From Seison nebaliae (lineage: Eukaryota), in contig JALJEE010002868.1 in NCBI GenBank assembly GCA_023231475.1, positions 62,001 to 118,298 on the forward strand: a stretch of DNA of 56,298 nt, in the 5' to 3' direction. The position numbers and the translations under genes are program-made. The notes beneath the pieces were generated by a model. That model saw only the letters and a program-made list of their open reading frames with translations, was not told the origin of the DNA and searched no databases. Shown here in pieces: positions 1 to 13,295 of the stretch. The number at the start of each line of letters is the position of its first letter. Position 1 is the stretch's first letter.

Positions 1-1302
1 ACAGTAATTGATCAGCATTTATTAGGTCTCCAAATTCCGAGAAGATTTGCAATTTGGAAATTTGAAATTTATTTCTCTATTTTTCTTCCGAGAATTATTT
101 CCAGATTAAAAAAAAACTGAAGCATTCTCTTCCGCGTCCAAATCCTTCCACTTTTAGTCGTTGGGGGATGAAATAAGTTCCGCTATCGAATCAGCTTATT
201 TTATGTTCACGATTAAGAAGGATTGAAACTACAACAATTGCATGATTCTTCTGCTAAACAGACTTTCCTTAAGTTTCTAACGGGAAATTTCCGATTGTAC
301 CAAATCGTTTTAACAATAACTACTTTTTCCTTCCCTACGTATATTTTCCTCATGATTATTATTCGTTTCTTTTTAAGAAGATAAACTAACTTTCTCTTAT
401 TGCCCTTTTTCTCTTATGATGATGATGATAATGATGATGATGAACTTTATTATTATTACTGTAAGTAATTGGGAGTCGAATGGAATAGAAGAATTGAGAT
501 TAACGAAACATAAACGGATTGATGAGGCGGACAGGCAATTATTTGATCGTTTAGTAAATTAAATGAGATGGAAGTAAGCGAACTAGCTGCTGATCGACAT
601 TAGCAAATTTGGTTCGAGCGAGAATATGTTAAGTGAATCCTGATTATTCGTTTCGAACACAAAATGAATATTTCTCTCTAACCATTTCTTTAATAATAAT
701 CTTATTTAATTCCCTTCAATTTCTTATTGGAATTATTTACTCCAAATAAGCGTTCATTCTAACAGTGAAGACATATCGATATTATTTTTCTCACAAATTC
801 TCATTAATTCTCTCCTGTTTTCAAATAAATGTGAAAAACGACTAATAAAGTCGTTATTAAGAAAAAAATGAAGGAAAATTTCTTTTGAAGACATTTCAAT
901 TTCGTCCGGAAAATAATGGTAGAGAAGTACGTTACGATTGTTTTCTTATTGACAATCTCTCTTACACTTCCACCACAACTACATCTAAAACTTTTCCTCC
1001 TCTTGCCCTCCAATTAATTATGAAATTCTAAAGGGGAAATGGAAGTTAACTGCGGAGAAATGCAATTAACGAAAGAAGTTTTTATAAACAATTTCAAGAA
1101 TTTTATGAGTAATTGATTTTCAAAAAATTTTAGTTCTTCTTTCCAGCTCCATCATACGTTACATACTCGGAAAAACTTTACGTCATTTTCCACATACCGA
1201 TTAACGTGCTTCCCATCTCTTATATTAATTGTATATTAATCATATGTAACTGATAAATTTGTGATTTCGGACCATATAGCTAAGTAGGACTAATTATTCG
1301 AT

Positions 1303-2120
1303 GAGGGACAGACATTAGGAGAGGACAGACGGTAAACAAAAAAAAATTTGTAAAGGACAATTTTCAAACATTTTATTGACATTTCGGACAGTTCTCAACC
1401 TGGATACTGAGAATATATCTGGAAAGATAGTAATAATACATAAACATTTTCCAGCAGACAGTTATTAACTAATAATTAGGACAGTTGTTAACTTACACAA
1501 CATATACAAGGCCAAGCCAATGGTTTTAGATACAGTTTTGCATTGAATCATCCAGCTTCAAATATGAAAAATTTGAAATGGATAATTTGTGGTAAGGCGA
1601 AAAAGAGAAAAACAATATTCGATAAGATTAAAGATGACAAACTGAAGAGATTAGTGCTCAATTATGACATAATAATAGATATTGTATCTCCACTTAACGA
1701 TCTTCTTTTTTTGTATACCAATCGATACTATATATTGTGAAATTAAATTTTCATTTAAATATATTTCATTTGCTCTCATAAACAAATTAACGATCTCCCT
1801 TTTATATTAATTTTTACGCTTTACCCTATGGGGATTCCGCATCTTAATAAAAAGAAAAAAATAATAATAAATCAAATTCCCGCGGGACAAATTTTTTCAT
1901 TAAAATAATTTAAAATGTTAAATTAAAAAAAAATTATATTTCTTCACTCCAGAATCAAAATATTTTTCCTACATTATAAATTTAGTTATAATTAATATTT
2001 TACGTATGTTCTTGTAATTCTCTCGTCAGTAAGTTTCTCAAAAGTTTAAAAACTGTCCTTCTTTTTCTCAAAAGTTTAAAAAATGTCCTTCTTTTTCCCA
2101 AAAGGTTGAAAAATGTCCGA
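1303..2120. repeat. Degenerate foldback/MITE-like remnant built from GGACA-N5-(C/T)AAC motifs
   Basis: Forward motifs ggacaattttcaaac (1355), ggacagttctcaacc (1386), agacagttattaact (1456) and ggacagttgttaact (1479). A reverse-oriented 30-bp tandem (tttctcaaaagtttaaaaactgtccttctt, about 2.8 copies) lies at 2034-2118. The motif is the same as in the 9886-10262 MITE. Termini and TSD were not identified. Confidence 0.45.
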
Positions 2121-5100
2121 AAATGAAAATAAGATTGAGAAATGTCGAAGAATGAGGAAAATAAGTTGAGAATTATCTTCTGCAAAATTGTTATACAGAG
2201 TTAATATTCTGTTCAGTTACTTAACATTGAAGAGATCTATTATGGGGTAGTATGTTGTGAAGGAGATGTTCAGAAAAGACTTAACTAAATCAAACGGTTC
2301 CTATCTTATGTTCGGTTACTATGTGACAATAATCGGGAACTACTTGAAAGATGAAGGAGTTCCTCTCTTAAATATCCCACGTAATAGTCGCTGGAAGTAA
2401 AGTGGTCATTGATTAGAATTAATTTCATATGAATAGTGAATTATCATGAATTATGAATATGTCGATAATATTTTGGAGTTGGTTGTACGATTTCCGTTGG
2501 AAATAATTATGAAGAATTACAATGATCAGAGTAAAAAGTTATTAAATTTTATGAGAAAGAAGATTTCTTATATTAATTAACATAATTATTAAAATTAATT
2601 GCAATGGTAAATGTTGGGAATCCTGGTAATGTATTGAATTTGGAAGTTGTGGAGATTCATCATCTTCCAATATCTCTAATTAATCGTTTAATCGACGTAA
2701 CCGTTACTGATGGTAACGGTATGGGAATGTATGTCTCTCGATTTCAATTTGTTTTTTTTCATTTTCCACATTTTTCTATTCTCTTTGTCGTGTAAGAGAA
2801 GACGTTGGAGAACGAACGGATTTTCATAAACCGATCACAAAATAGGAAACATGAAAAATTGAAAATAAAATTTTATGTTTTTTTTATTCATATCAAATCT
2901 CAGTTTTTTTCTCTCAGAAAATCTCTATATGGATAATAGGGAAAATAAGTTTTCTTGAAATTATTCCGTCATCTAAAAGTTTAACGGTCGATTGACTTGG
3001 AAACTGAGAGAGTGTGCATCACTTATTCACACCACACATTCTATCCACAGGTAAAACTTAATAAAATTTAATAAACTTTTATTAAAATTTTTCTAGTCGA
3101 TTAATTGTGTTAACGGTTGAAATTGTTATGTGAATGAAGAAATTATTATTATTATTATTATTATCATTATTATGATGGAGAATGAAAGTTGTGTTTGACG
3201 TGTATTTGGATTATCGATCTGAATCTTCCAATCTTACTGATGTGTCATTTGGAAGAAGAAGTTAAGTAAGAGACTTAATTTGACTGATTTGGTAGAAAGT
3301 ATAATTATGATAAGAACATAAGATCTAATCATTCCCATGACGTAACAAATAAGTGTTTCATGTATGTTCATATGTGATAGATGGAATTTATTTCGGTGAC
3401 TGTCGAATGAAATATTTAAGAGATTACAAGCAGAAGGGCGGAAATTTTTAATTAAAAAATGTGAAACTCAATCAAGCATTTATCACTTAACATTTTACTT
3501 TCTTTCCTCATCCTACGATTCATTTAACATTCTCACTGTTTACTTTCTTATCAACAATCACTTGTTTGTTGTTCCATAAGAGATATGGAAGAAATGAAAT
3601 ATGTTCGATTGAAATAAATTTTGAATTATCTAACAATTCTGATGGTTTGTTGAATTTTTATAAGCTTATCTCAATTCACACCAACGAAGTAATCTAATCT
3701 TATCAATTATTCTTTCTTTAATTCAAATTCAAATATTTAATTGAAGAACACGTGTGGAATTATTGTTTGTTTGACGACGCCTCTTTTCTTTTGCACGAGA
3801 TTTGTTCCTCCTCTTTCTCCGGAACTTCTTTTTTTTTATTTCTCATATTTCTCATATTCAGTCGAGATATTCGAATGACAACAGTCATAATCGTCGTAAC
3901 AACATTGGAAATGGAGAGAATTGATGAATAGACATCGATTTATTCGTAGGAGTCGTGCGAATTTAAATCGTGCACCTATACGACTCTCGAATCACATATT
4001 TGATCGAATCACTCGAATATTACCAAGAAAATGTTATAGGAAATAAGAAAGAAAGTACGATGGACTGATTCGAATTGTAAATTGACATTTGAATGACGTA
4101 AATAGTTGCACGTGGAGCCATGCGAAGTGTCGAGTAGACTCAAATGGAAATAGCTTTCTAACAGTAGTTCTTATAGTAAGTAGAATGAATGGAATAGTTG
4201 TGGTAAGTGTAGTTGGATTTATAAAAAAAAGTGGAAAATCCTCGAGATTTTTTTCACAAGTTTTATTTTAAGGTACGTAGACTAAATGAGAATTTAAATG
4301 AGGAGGGAGAATGAGATGGTAAATGTCCTTGCGTTGGAATTTTTGGAATTAATTGCCAATATGTTTAATTGAATTGCGCATTAATTTATCCATATATATC
4401 TGCATAGAAATGGCTTATTCGTCCCATTGTGTCTTGATGGACAATGAAGGAACTCGTGGGATTTCTGTTCGCCAATAGTCGAGTGATGTGGAGTGAGAGA
4501 ATAATTATTATGATGCAAACAGTAAAGGAAAGCGACGTGGTAAGAATGATTGGAGGGTAATTGGAGAGGAATAATTTGGAAATTAATTGGAAGAAAGTAT
4601 GAAGGTTGTTAGGTCGCGTTTAGTGTGATTGTGGGGAGGGGGAAGTGATTTGTTTATTCAAGTAAATGAAGTTCATATTTATTCAATAATATCGGAAATA
4701 ATTATGTATCATATTGACAAAAGACGACGAATTATTGATTGATCAACAATTCATAAGTTTGGTTATTGTTTCGAGAGAATAATTCTCCTTCGTCAATTGT
4801 TGCCTAAGGTAGAATTGGAGTGTTGAAGTGGGAGAGATCTCGTTCGTGTTATCTGATACATTAATACTTGGTCGATCTTACATAAGAAATACATTATGAT
4901 ATCTTAACATTAACCAAAGAGATAATCAATCAATTTCATACGATAATTCGAAGTGGATCAATTAAAGAGAAAGAATACGTTCGACAAATTGACGAATTCG
5001 ACAAATTCATGAGGATGTTGTGTAAGAGGAATGTAAAGGAATAAATTTAGACAATTTCCACCACATATTTAGTTTCTATTTGGGAGTATGATGGTGGGAG

Positions 5101-5680
5101 GGAGAAGGATAATTTTAATAATACAAAGTTGATTGTGATTGAAGAGAAACGTGTATGTTTATTGACATTATGTCATCTTTCTTTGATAAGTGTGTGTGTA
5201 AATAGGAATCGTACATTTCCATCCTTCCACTCATCCACACATCTATAGGAACCGACTCGAATTGAGCAGAGGAGAAATAGAAATGAAGATGTTGATGTAA
5301 ATGTACGTATATGTTGAGAAGGCGAAAATGGGACGTGCAGGAATAGGAGAAGTATTCATTCTTTCGTAAACGACAATAAGCAGAAGGATTGCTTCATCTT
5401 TTTTCTATAGCGCATATTTAATTCGTTGATGTAGAGTACGTTTTTCATTGTTGAACGATTAAGTTGGAGTAAGTCCGTATGAGATGTGCATATGCATATT
5501 GTTAGTTTTACCAGGAAATATGAATTGACAGTCCTTTCAATATGACTATTCGTTAAGTTTGTGCATACTGTCGACTGTTTGACCAAGACACATATGTCTC
5601 TTCGTCCATATCTTCATTTGGAGTCGGTGTGTGCAAGATGCGCAGCTTTGTGCACGTATATGCACAATACACGATGTTAT

Positions 5681-5711
5681 GTGTGTCTGTGTGTGTATGT
5701 GTGTGTGTGTG
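5681..5711. repeat. Imperfect (TG)n microsatellite
   Basis: gtgtgtctgtgtgtgtatgtgtgtgtgtgtg. Confidence 0.9.
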
Positions 5712-7272
5712 CGGAATGAATGATAATTGTAATGGTGATAATAATAATAATAATCACAATATAAATGATGGAAGGGGAAAGAAATGTATGAAAAGAGGGG
5801 AGGGAAATGGAACGATTACTTCTTATTCATTCCCTTCAACGATCAACAGCAAATGCCGAACGACGTCAGCAGCAATTTGTAAGTGTAACAGTCACAATAG
5901 GAGAAATGTAGAATTGTTTTCTCGTTAACATGATGTTGATTATCGTTCTCATCCATTATCCTGCTAAAGATAAATCAGCAATTACGATTGTGATTGTGTA
6001 AGAATATGAAATAAAAGTTCATTATTCCCTTCTTTTCTTCTCCTCGATCCTCACTCCATCTCAACCTTATCAGCATGATGATTCTTCCTCAGACCATTCT
6101 CCCATCAATCGAATCGATGTCCTTCCATCTTCAACATTTCTTAACAATTCGCTCATCATTCATTCCGCTCTCTTAAATAAAAATGTTATCACAACTTCTC
6201 ATCTTATTCATCTCCAGCTCTTTTTAATTGTTGTTCGATTACTCATCAACTCATCAAAGTTGTTTAGTTCCATCATCATCATCACCACCACCACCACCAT
6301 CATCATCAACAACAACAACAACAACAACGACATGATGATTACATGTGAGAATTGGAAGGTGGAGATGATCTTTTGAAAAGAACAATTATATAAATAATTG
6401 AAACTAATATTTATAATTTCATGAACAGAATCAGGAGAAAATAAAATGAATAATCATTATCTTCCCATTCATACTCCATAATTATTATTCCTCTTTCTAA
6501 TCTATCAATCTTCCTATTCATCCATTCATTCTCCTATTTAATCATCTATCAATCATTCTTCAGACGTTCCAATACCTTATCCCGCATCATCAGGATAATA
6601 TTCGTCTTCATTTGCTATTTTTCCGTTAATCAGGAATACATGTACTCCCGTTCACTCGACATCTAGCTCGCTCCTTCTCCTCCTTCCTCCTCCTCCCTTC
6701 TTTCCTTCTTTTCTTCTTCCTCCAACAACTGATCTTCTATTAATTCTATTAAATTGTTGTTTATTATCATAATTCCTTTGCATTCTCTTCTCACTCACAT
6801 TCTGAAGTCGGTACTATATATCCAATTATAGTCATCCTCCACTATAAATCCAATGAGATTAGAACGACTATTCTATTGTAGAAGGATGTCTAGTGGATGG
6901 AATGTCATTCCAATGATACCGTCCACCAAACTTCAGGAAATGATTGACAGAAAATCAATAAAATAATTGTGTTGATCAATAAAATAGTTTCACATTAAAT
7001 CCTTTTTTCCTCTTCTCTTGTCCATGTGGTCCGATTGAGAAAGAAATTGAGAAGAATAATTACTAATTTCTCTCCAATGATGACCATTGGGAGAATGATG
7101 ACCAACTATCTGATGAATGTTTCTCTCATTTCTCACAGAAAACTTTTTCTTTTTTTATTCTTCTCCAATGTTATCGATATTATTCATGAGCAATTGAGTG
7201 AATATCGTCAGACTTACAAGTGAAATTAATCGAAATTTTAGTTCAGAATACTCACGTGAAATTTTGGGAGAT

Positions 7273-8165
7273 ATGCCATTGGAAGGAGCTTATGCTGTAT
7301 GGAACAATCGAGGTGGTAGTGGCAAATCGTCGTTGACATATCATCTCGCATTAAAATATGCAGCGATGCAACCAGATAAAACCGTTCTCATCATCGACAT
7401 GTGTCCACAAGCTGATATTTCACATGCACTTCTCGGCTATGACGACAACGGAGTGGACTATGTCTCACAAATCAGTTCTTTACAAATACGTTCGCTCTCC
7501 TTGTTCGATGGGAAACAAACGATTCCCAGAACTGTTAGTGGCTACATCGATCTAGTGACCACAATTGGTTTACCATCAACTGTCGATCCTCGACAATTTT
7601 TATTTAATGTCAGTAAATACAATCCATCGTTGCCTAGCAACGTTTACTTATTATGTGGTGATGTATCTTTAGAATTATTGTCGAGAACGTTAGAATTGAA
7701 AAGATGTGGAATTCAAACTACTACGACGACCAATTCCTCAACCATCTCGTCGTCATCACCATCATCCTCATCATCCACCACTACCACTACATTAGGAATT
7801 GGGAATAGTAGCAGTGCTCATTTATTCCGTTCGATAACGCAATGTCTAGCGAGATTCATTGACAAAGTGTCAGAACGACGAGGCATCCGATTGTTGTCGT
7901 TGATCGATACCAATTCATCATTATCGTTGATAACGGAAATGGCATTGGCAGCGGCCGATCGTGTCATTATTCCAATTCATCATAATCATGTTGAACGAGA
8001 CAATGGAATAGAGTTTATGTTGACTCAAGTTTATGGTGTGACGAAACCAAATTCGGCTTATTATCATTATCGGAATTTCACCGTTCCATATATGGCGAAT
8101 ACTCATAAAATCCGTTTGCCGAAATTACATCTATTCATTTATTTGGGTGGTGCACGAAAGAATAA

Positions 8166-8229
<64 letters not shown>

Positions 8230-9264
8230 TTATTAACGAATGATAATAGTCAGAAGAAATCGATAATAAATAATACTCAATCTGAATATCAATTATATAA
8301 TTCGACATTGATGAAAAGTGAAAAATGGCAAAAGATCTTCAATCTCTATCAATCATTTCCTGATATATTCGAGGAGCGACCAGCAGCCGTTAGTTTCTCG
8401 TCAATGTCATCAGCGAAAGATTCGTCATCGATCAATAGTCAAAATCTTTTAAATGAGAATCAATTACCAAATGATCCCATTTTTCCCGTTTCAACTTTCG
8501 CACTCGATTCAAATAATCAGATCGATAGTATTCAACCAATCCATTGTCTCAATGTCGATCAATTTGAAATGCAATATGTCATCGACATGTCCATCGATAT
8601 TCCTTTCATTCATCAACTCAATCAACAACAACAACAAGAACAACAACAGAACGGTCATATTCCGTTTGACGGAAAATTATCAGTCTCTCCATCGACACAA
8701 CGTAATCAGATGTTGAATGTTCGACCGTCGTCTGCATCTTCCATTAAACATCGTTTGCCATCAGTTCCGTTAGGGACAGGTCGTCGAATCAAAAGTAAAT
8801 CGAATGTATCACCCAATAATCAGAGTGTAATAATGAATGCCAATTCATTTCAATCGCTCAATGTGAATATTGGAGGTGAAAGTGTCTTCACTAATCCAGG
8901 AATACGTGACACGATTAGAATGCATTTACCATTCTCTCGTCATCGAAATCATCAAGAAACTCGATGTACTTCAGTCGAAACGAATTCCAATGAGAAATAT
9001 TCCTTATCACCCAGAAGGCCAAGTCTCAAAGATCGAATTTTGCAACGACCTCAAAAGAAGAGTTGCGAATCACTCAATCGCATCGACAACAACAACAACA
9101 ACAACAACAACATTAATGTTCAATATGAAAGAAATTTGTCGGCTATATCTTTGTTGTCGAACGATAATCTCAGTCATCAAACCGTTTCATCGACGAAGGA
9201 ATTCATTTCCTCACTAGATCATCAATTCGATTTGAAATTACAACAAATTGTTCGACTACTCTGA
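7273..9264 (+). CDS. ParA/Soj/MinD-family P-loop ATPase of bacterial type, with low-complexity insertions; apparently intronless
   Basis: YAVWNNRGGSGKSSL (deviant Walker A), VLIIDMCPQAD (switch I), NVYLLCGD, LIDTNSS (Walker B) and ALAAADRVIIP. The first ATG (7273) lies a few codons before Walker A, as in bacterial ParA proteins. The ORF is open from 7198. Confidence 0.85.
8167..8229 (+). repeat. (AAT)n microsatellite encoding poly-Asn inside the ParA-like gene
   Basis: About 21 AAT units, in frame. Confidence 0.95.
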
Positions 9265-9885
9265 TGGAAACGAATACGAGTATGTGTTGCATATGGTTCT
9301 TGGAAGCTGATAAAAAAAAACCGTTTAGGAATTTGTAAAAACTCTTTAGCTACGAGAGCAATCCATCCCGACCTTTCCCACTTCCACCATTAGACGATAG
9401 AGGAACAACTCGCCGAGGACGAATAAACACGAATTACAATCAACGAATTGGTCCATTGCAATTCGAATACAATCTCACCTCGATAATCAGGGAAAGTCCT
9501 ATAATTAATTTATTCAACCATTTTGTTATTTATTCCAAACCAAATTATTTCTTCATAATCAATTCCTCTTATTTCTCTTATCTCTTTGTTATCTTTAATA
9601 AAAGAAACTCACAACAATTATTATTTCAACATTATCATTCAATTCTTCTAAAATAATCTCTCAAAACAATTCAACATTTCTTTTATTTAGTTCGTCATTC
9701 TTCAAAACTCATTTAGTTTCATCAATTCTTTTTTTTCCTTACAAATACCAAGAAGAAAAAGAACGTTATCGTAAGAACATGAATGATATAAATGTATATT
9801 TGACAAAGAGACAATAATCTATCTATATCCCCAATTTGAGGAACCATAAAATGTATAATATGGAACGATGAATACTAAAAAATTT

Positions 9886-10262
9886 GATTGGGGACAGTTC
9901 TTAACCTTTCGATTTTCTTCCCAAAAAGGACAGTTATCAACCTTAAACTGCCATTTCGGACAGATGTCAACCATATAAGTGCTTTTCGAACAGATTTCAA
10001 CCCCATTAATGCTTTTCCAGAGAGATCTGAATCTCAACTCTTTTTTTCAAATAGAGTTTTTTCTTCGAAAAAGTGTTTATGAGGTTGACATCTGACCGAA
10101 AAACCAATTATCAGATTGAGATCTGTCCGAAAAAATATTAATGGGGTTGAGATTTGTCCGAAAAGTACCTATATGGTTGACATCTGTCCGAAATGGCAGT
10201 TTAAGGTTGATAACTGTCCTTTTTGGTAAGAAAATCGAAAGGTTAAGAACTAGCCAAGTACC
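9886..10262. mobile_element. Non-autonomous palindromic MITE (Mutator/foldback-like), about 377 bp
   Basis: Arms 9896-10035 and about 10110-10251 are reverse complements (agttcttaacctttcgattttctt... / ...aagaaaatcgaaaggttaagaact). Internal subrepeats ggacagNNNNNaacc occur at 9892, 9928, 9958 and 9988. AAAAATTT flanks both sides (candidate 8-9 bp TSD). Confidence 0.8.
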
Positions 10263-11145
10263 AAAAATTTATATTATACCAATTATATAAAATACATTTT
10301 ATATTTAATTTTAGAAATTCAGCAAATTTTCAAAAATCTCATCCGAATTTGTTTCAGGTTAAACTGTGTGAGATATTTTACTATTTCATCTCACACTCCA
10401 TCACATCCAGCATCATTGCAGGACTTGTAAAAGAGAAGAAAAACAATTCTTATGCAACATAGTTAGTGTGAGATGGGTTTATTAAGTTTTTTTATGGTGA
10501 AATTCATGTCAATAATATAAATATTGAATTGAGTAATATTGTGGAGTAATGAGATGCTTTGTTGATATAATGGTCATCTATGAATTTGAAGTATTTTCCA
10601 ATGAAGTGATAATTAGTTGGAGTTAGGTAAATAGAGTTGAAAGAAGGTCAATGAAAAGATACTTTTATAGACATAAGCTAAAAGAAGAAATAGAATTGAT
10701 TTGAAAATGAGAAAAAATATTTTTTATTCACTATTAATGTGTGTGATGTTGATGTCACGCTGAAAGAAAGTTTATTGTGATGTGTCTTTCTTATTTACAG
10801 TTAATGTCCATCCATTTCCATCTTTTATTTCCAACACCACCATTCTCATTGAGAGGATTTGTTTTTATAAAATGTATTGTCAATCGCTCTTTGTTTGGGT
10901 GATGGGATTGTGACATAAAAATGAAATTGTTTTCTTCTTTTCATCATTCCAAACAATCAGTTCGGGTTGACGTTAAAAAATGAGTTAATAGGACCTGAGT
11001 CGTATAAATAGAGGGAATGAGAGAAGAGGAAAGAAAAAGAAAGATTTTTATTTGGAAAAATTTTCATTTCATATTTAATTTAATTTTCACTTACGAATCA
11101 TTTGAATCGGACAGAAAACAAATTACTTTCTAGTTCCAAATTATC

Positions 11146-13078
11146 ATGTCAAACAAAGTTGGATTACTTAAGGAGATTGCCACTCGACTCCGCTACCACA
11201 GTGTCCAAATGACACAAGCTAGTAATAGTGGACATCCGACTTCTTGTTCGTCGATGGCAGAGATGATGAGTGTTCTCTTCTTCAACGAAATGAAATTTGA
11301 CGTACAAAATCCGGATGATCCAAATAGCGACCGATTTGTCTTATCGAAAGGACATGCCGCTCCAATTCTTTATGCGGCATGGGCAGAATTAGGATCAAAA
11401 TTGATAAGCGTCAGTAAATTGTCGACATTACGACAAATGAACAGTATTTTAGAAGGTCATCCAATGCCACAAATGCCATTTGTCGATGTAGCGACAGGTT
11501 CGTTAGGTCAGGGTCTCAGTGCGGCAGCGGGTATGGCTTATTCCGCCAAATATATTGAGAAGAGTAAACATCAAGTTTATTGTCTGATTGGTGATGGTGA
11601 GAGTGCGGAAGGTGGTATTTGGGAAGCACTATCTTTCTCTTCCACTTACAAATTGAATAATTTGCGATGTTTGATCGATGTAAATCGATTGGGTCAATCA
11701 GCTCCAACCGCTTTAGCACATGACATGGAAATATATAGAAAGAGATTTGATGCATTTGGATGGAATGCCATCATTGTTGATGGACATAGTGTAGAAGAAT
11801 TGTTGGCTGGATTTGAGAAAGCATCGAAAGAAGAGAATAAACCAACAATGTTAATTTGTAAAACATTTAAAGGAAGAGATTTCCCGAAGATTGAAGACGA
11901 GTTAAATTTCCATGGAAAAGCATTAGGTGATCGATCGAAAGATGTTCTTCAACATCTCAAAAAGAAAATGGTGAAACCGATCGATTCCAAATTTGATATT
12001 GTTCCAAAAAATCGAAGTAACACTTTAAAGAAACGATCATTCAAAGAACTCATCACTAATATAGCTGCACCACCAGCATATAAAATGGGCGATTCGATAG
12101 CGACACGACAAGCTTATGGTGCAGCTCTCGCTAAATTAGGAGATGTTAATAATAATGTAATCGCATTAGATGCCGATATGAATAACTCGACATTCTCGGC
12201 GAAATTTCAAGAGAAATTCCCCGCTCGATATGTCGAATGTTTCATCGCTGAACAAAATATGGTGGGAGTAGCGGTGGGAATTGCAAGTCGAAATCGATCC
12301 ACCGTTTTCTTATCCACATTCGCCGCTTTCTTAACAAGAGCATTCGATCATATTCGAATGGCTGCCGTCTCACAAAGTAATATCAATATCGCAGGATCAC
12401 ATGCTGGTTGTTCCATTGGACCTGATGGCGTCTCTCAAATGGCGTTAGAAGATTTGGCCATGTTCCGTTCCATTCCCACTGCCACCGTTTTTTATCCATC
12501 CGATGCCGTTTCAACTGAGAAAGCTGTCGAATTGGCTGGACAGACGGAAGGCATTTGTTACATTCGATTAACTCGAGCGAATACTAATGTTGTTCATGAA
12601 CCAAGTACGAAATTCGAAATTGGTAAAGCTATCGTTGTCAGAAGTACACCATCAGCAAAAATGTTGATCATTGCTGCCGCCGTTACATTGACAGAGGCGG
12701 TTAAAGCGGCGGAGAAATTAGCTGTTGATAAGATTGATGTTGCCATCATTGATCCATTTACAGTGAAACCGATTGATAAGAAAACGATTTTAGAAACAGC
12801 GAAAAAATCAGGAAACAAAATTCTGACGGTGGAAGATCATTATCGTTCCGGTTAGTCGTCATCATAATCATGATTTGAAATGATGATGATAATTTTCTTC
12901 TATTTTCATAGGTGGTATCGGTGAAGCAGTAGCGAGTGCATTGGCCGATGAAACGGATATCAAAATAAAAATGGTTTGTGTTACTACTATTCCACATTCC
13001 GGTACACCAGAGGAAGTGATGAGCAAAGCGGGAATTGATGAAGCTGGAATCATCGCAGCGGTCAAATCATTCATTTGA
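11146..13078 (+). CDS. TKT: Transketolase (animal type); 2 exons, intron 12851-12911
   Basis: SGHPTSCSS, DRFVLSKGHAAPILYA, ATGSLGQGL, GDGESAEG, ECFIAEQNMV and VEDHYRS|GGIGEAV joined across a GTTAGT...CATAG intron. Confidence 0.97.
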
Positions 13079-13295
13079 ATTAATTAATTTAAAAAAATAA
13101 TTTTATTATTAAAAATGTTCCATTTGAATGTTTTACGTTTTTCTTTTTAGAAATTAAAATAAATTGCTTCGTCTTCGAATTTATTTGTCGTCTGTGAGAA
13201 AAGAACCAACTGTAATTGGTGGATGGAAAGTTAAAAATGTCCAGTTAAATAAATGAACCGTCCTTTTTAAATCTCCTCAACGTCTCCAGATTAAA

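Noticed and set aside
2034..2118. 30-bp direct repeats (also 9928-10003 and 56180-56256) as a CRISPR-like array
   Set aside because: No unique spacers and no cas genes; eukaryotic context; they fit TE subterminal repeats
2266..2400. 44-codon ORF MFRKDLTKSNG...
   Set aside because: Short, with no recognisable motif or splice context
6062..6348. Open frame followed by (CAT/CAC/CAA)n that could encode poly-His/Gln
   Set aside because: No start codon, homology or constrained splice model; explained by microsatellite sequence
7220..7241. 22-nt GTG...TAG segment that could join ORF 7026-7223 to the ParA frame
   Set aside because: Far shorter than any supported intron (37 nt or more) and lacks a GTT donor; ATG 7273 already gives a typical ParA N-terminus
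9261..9430. CTGAT.../GACGAA fragments after the ParA stop as a possible hammerhead ribozyme
   Set aside because: No intact CUGAUGA/GAAA core with pairing stems could be built
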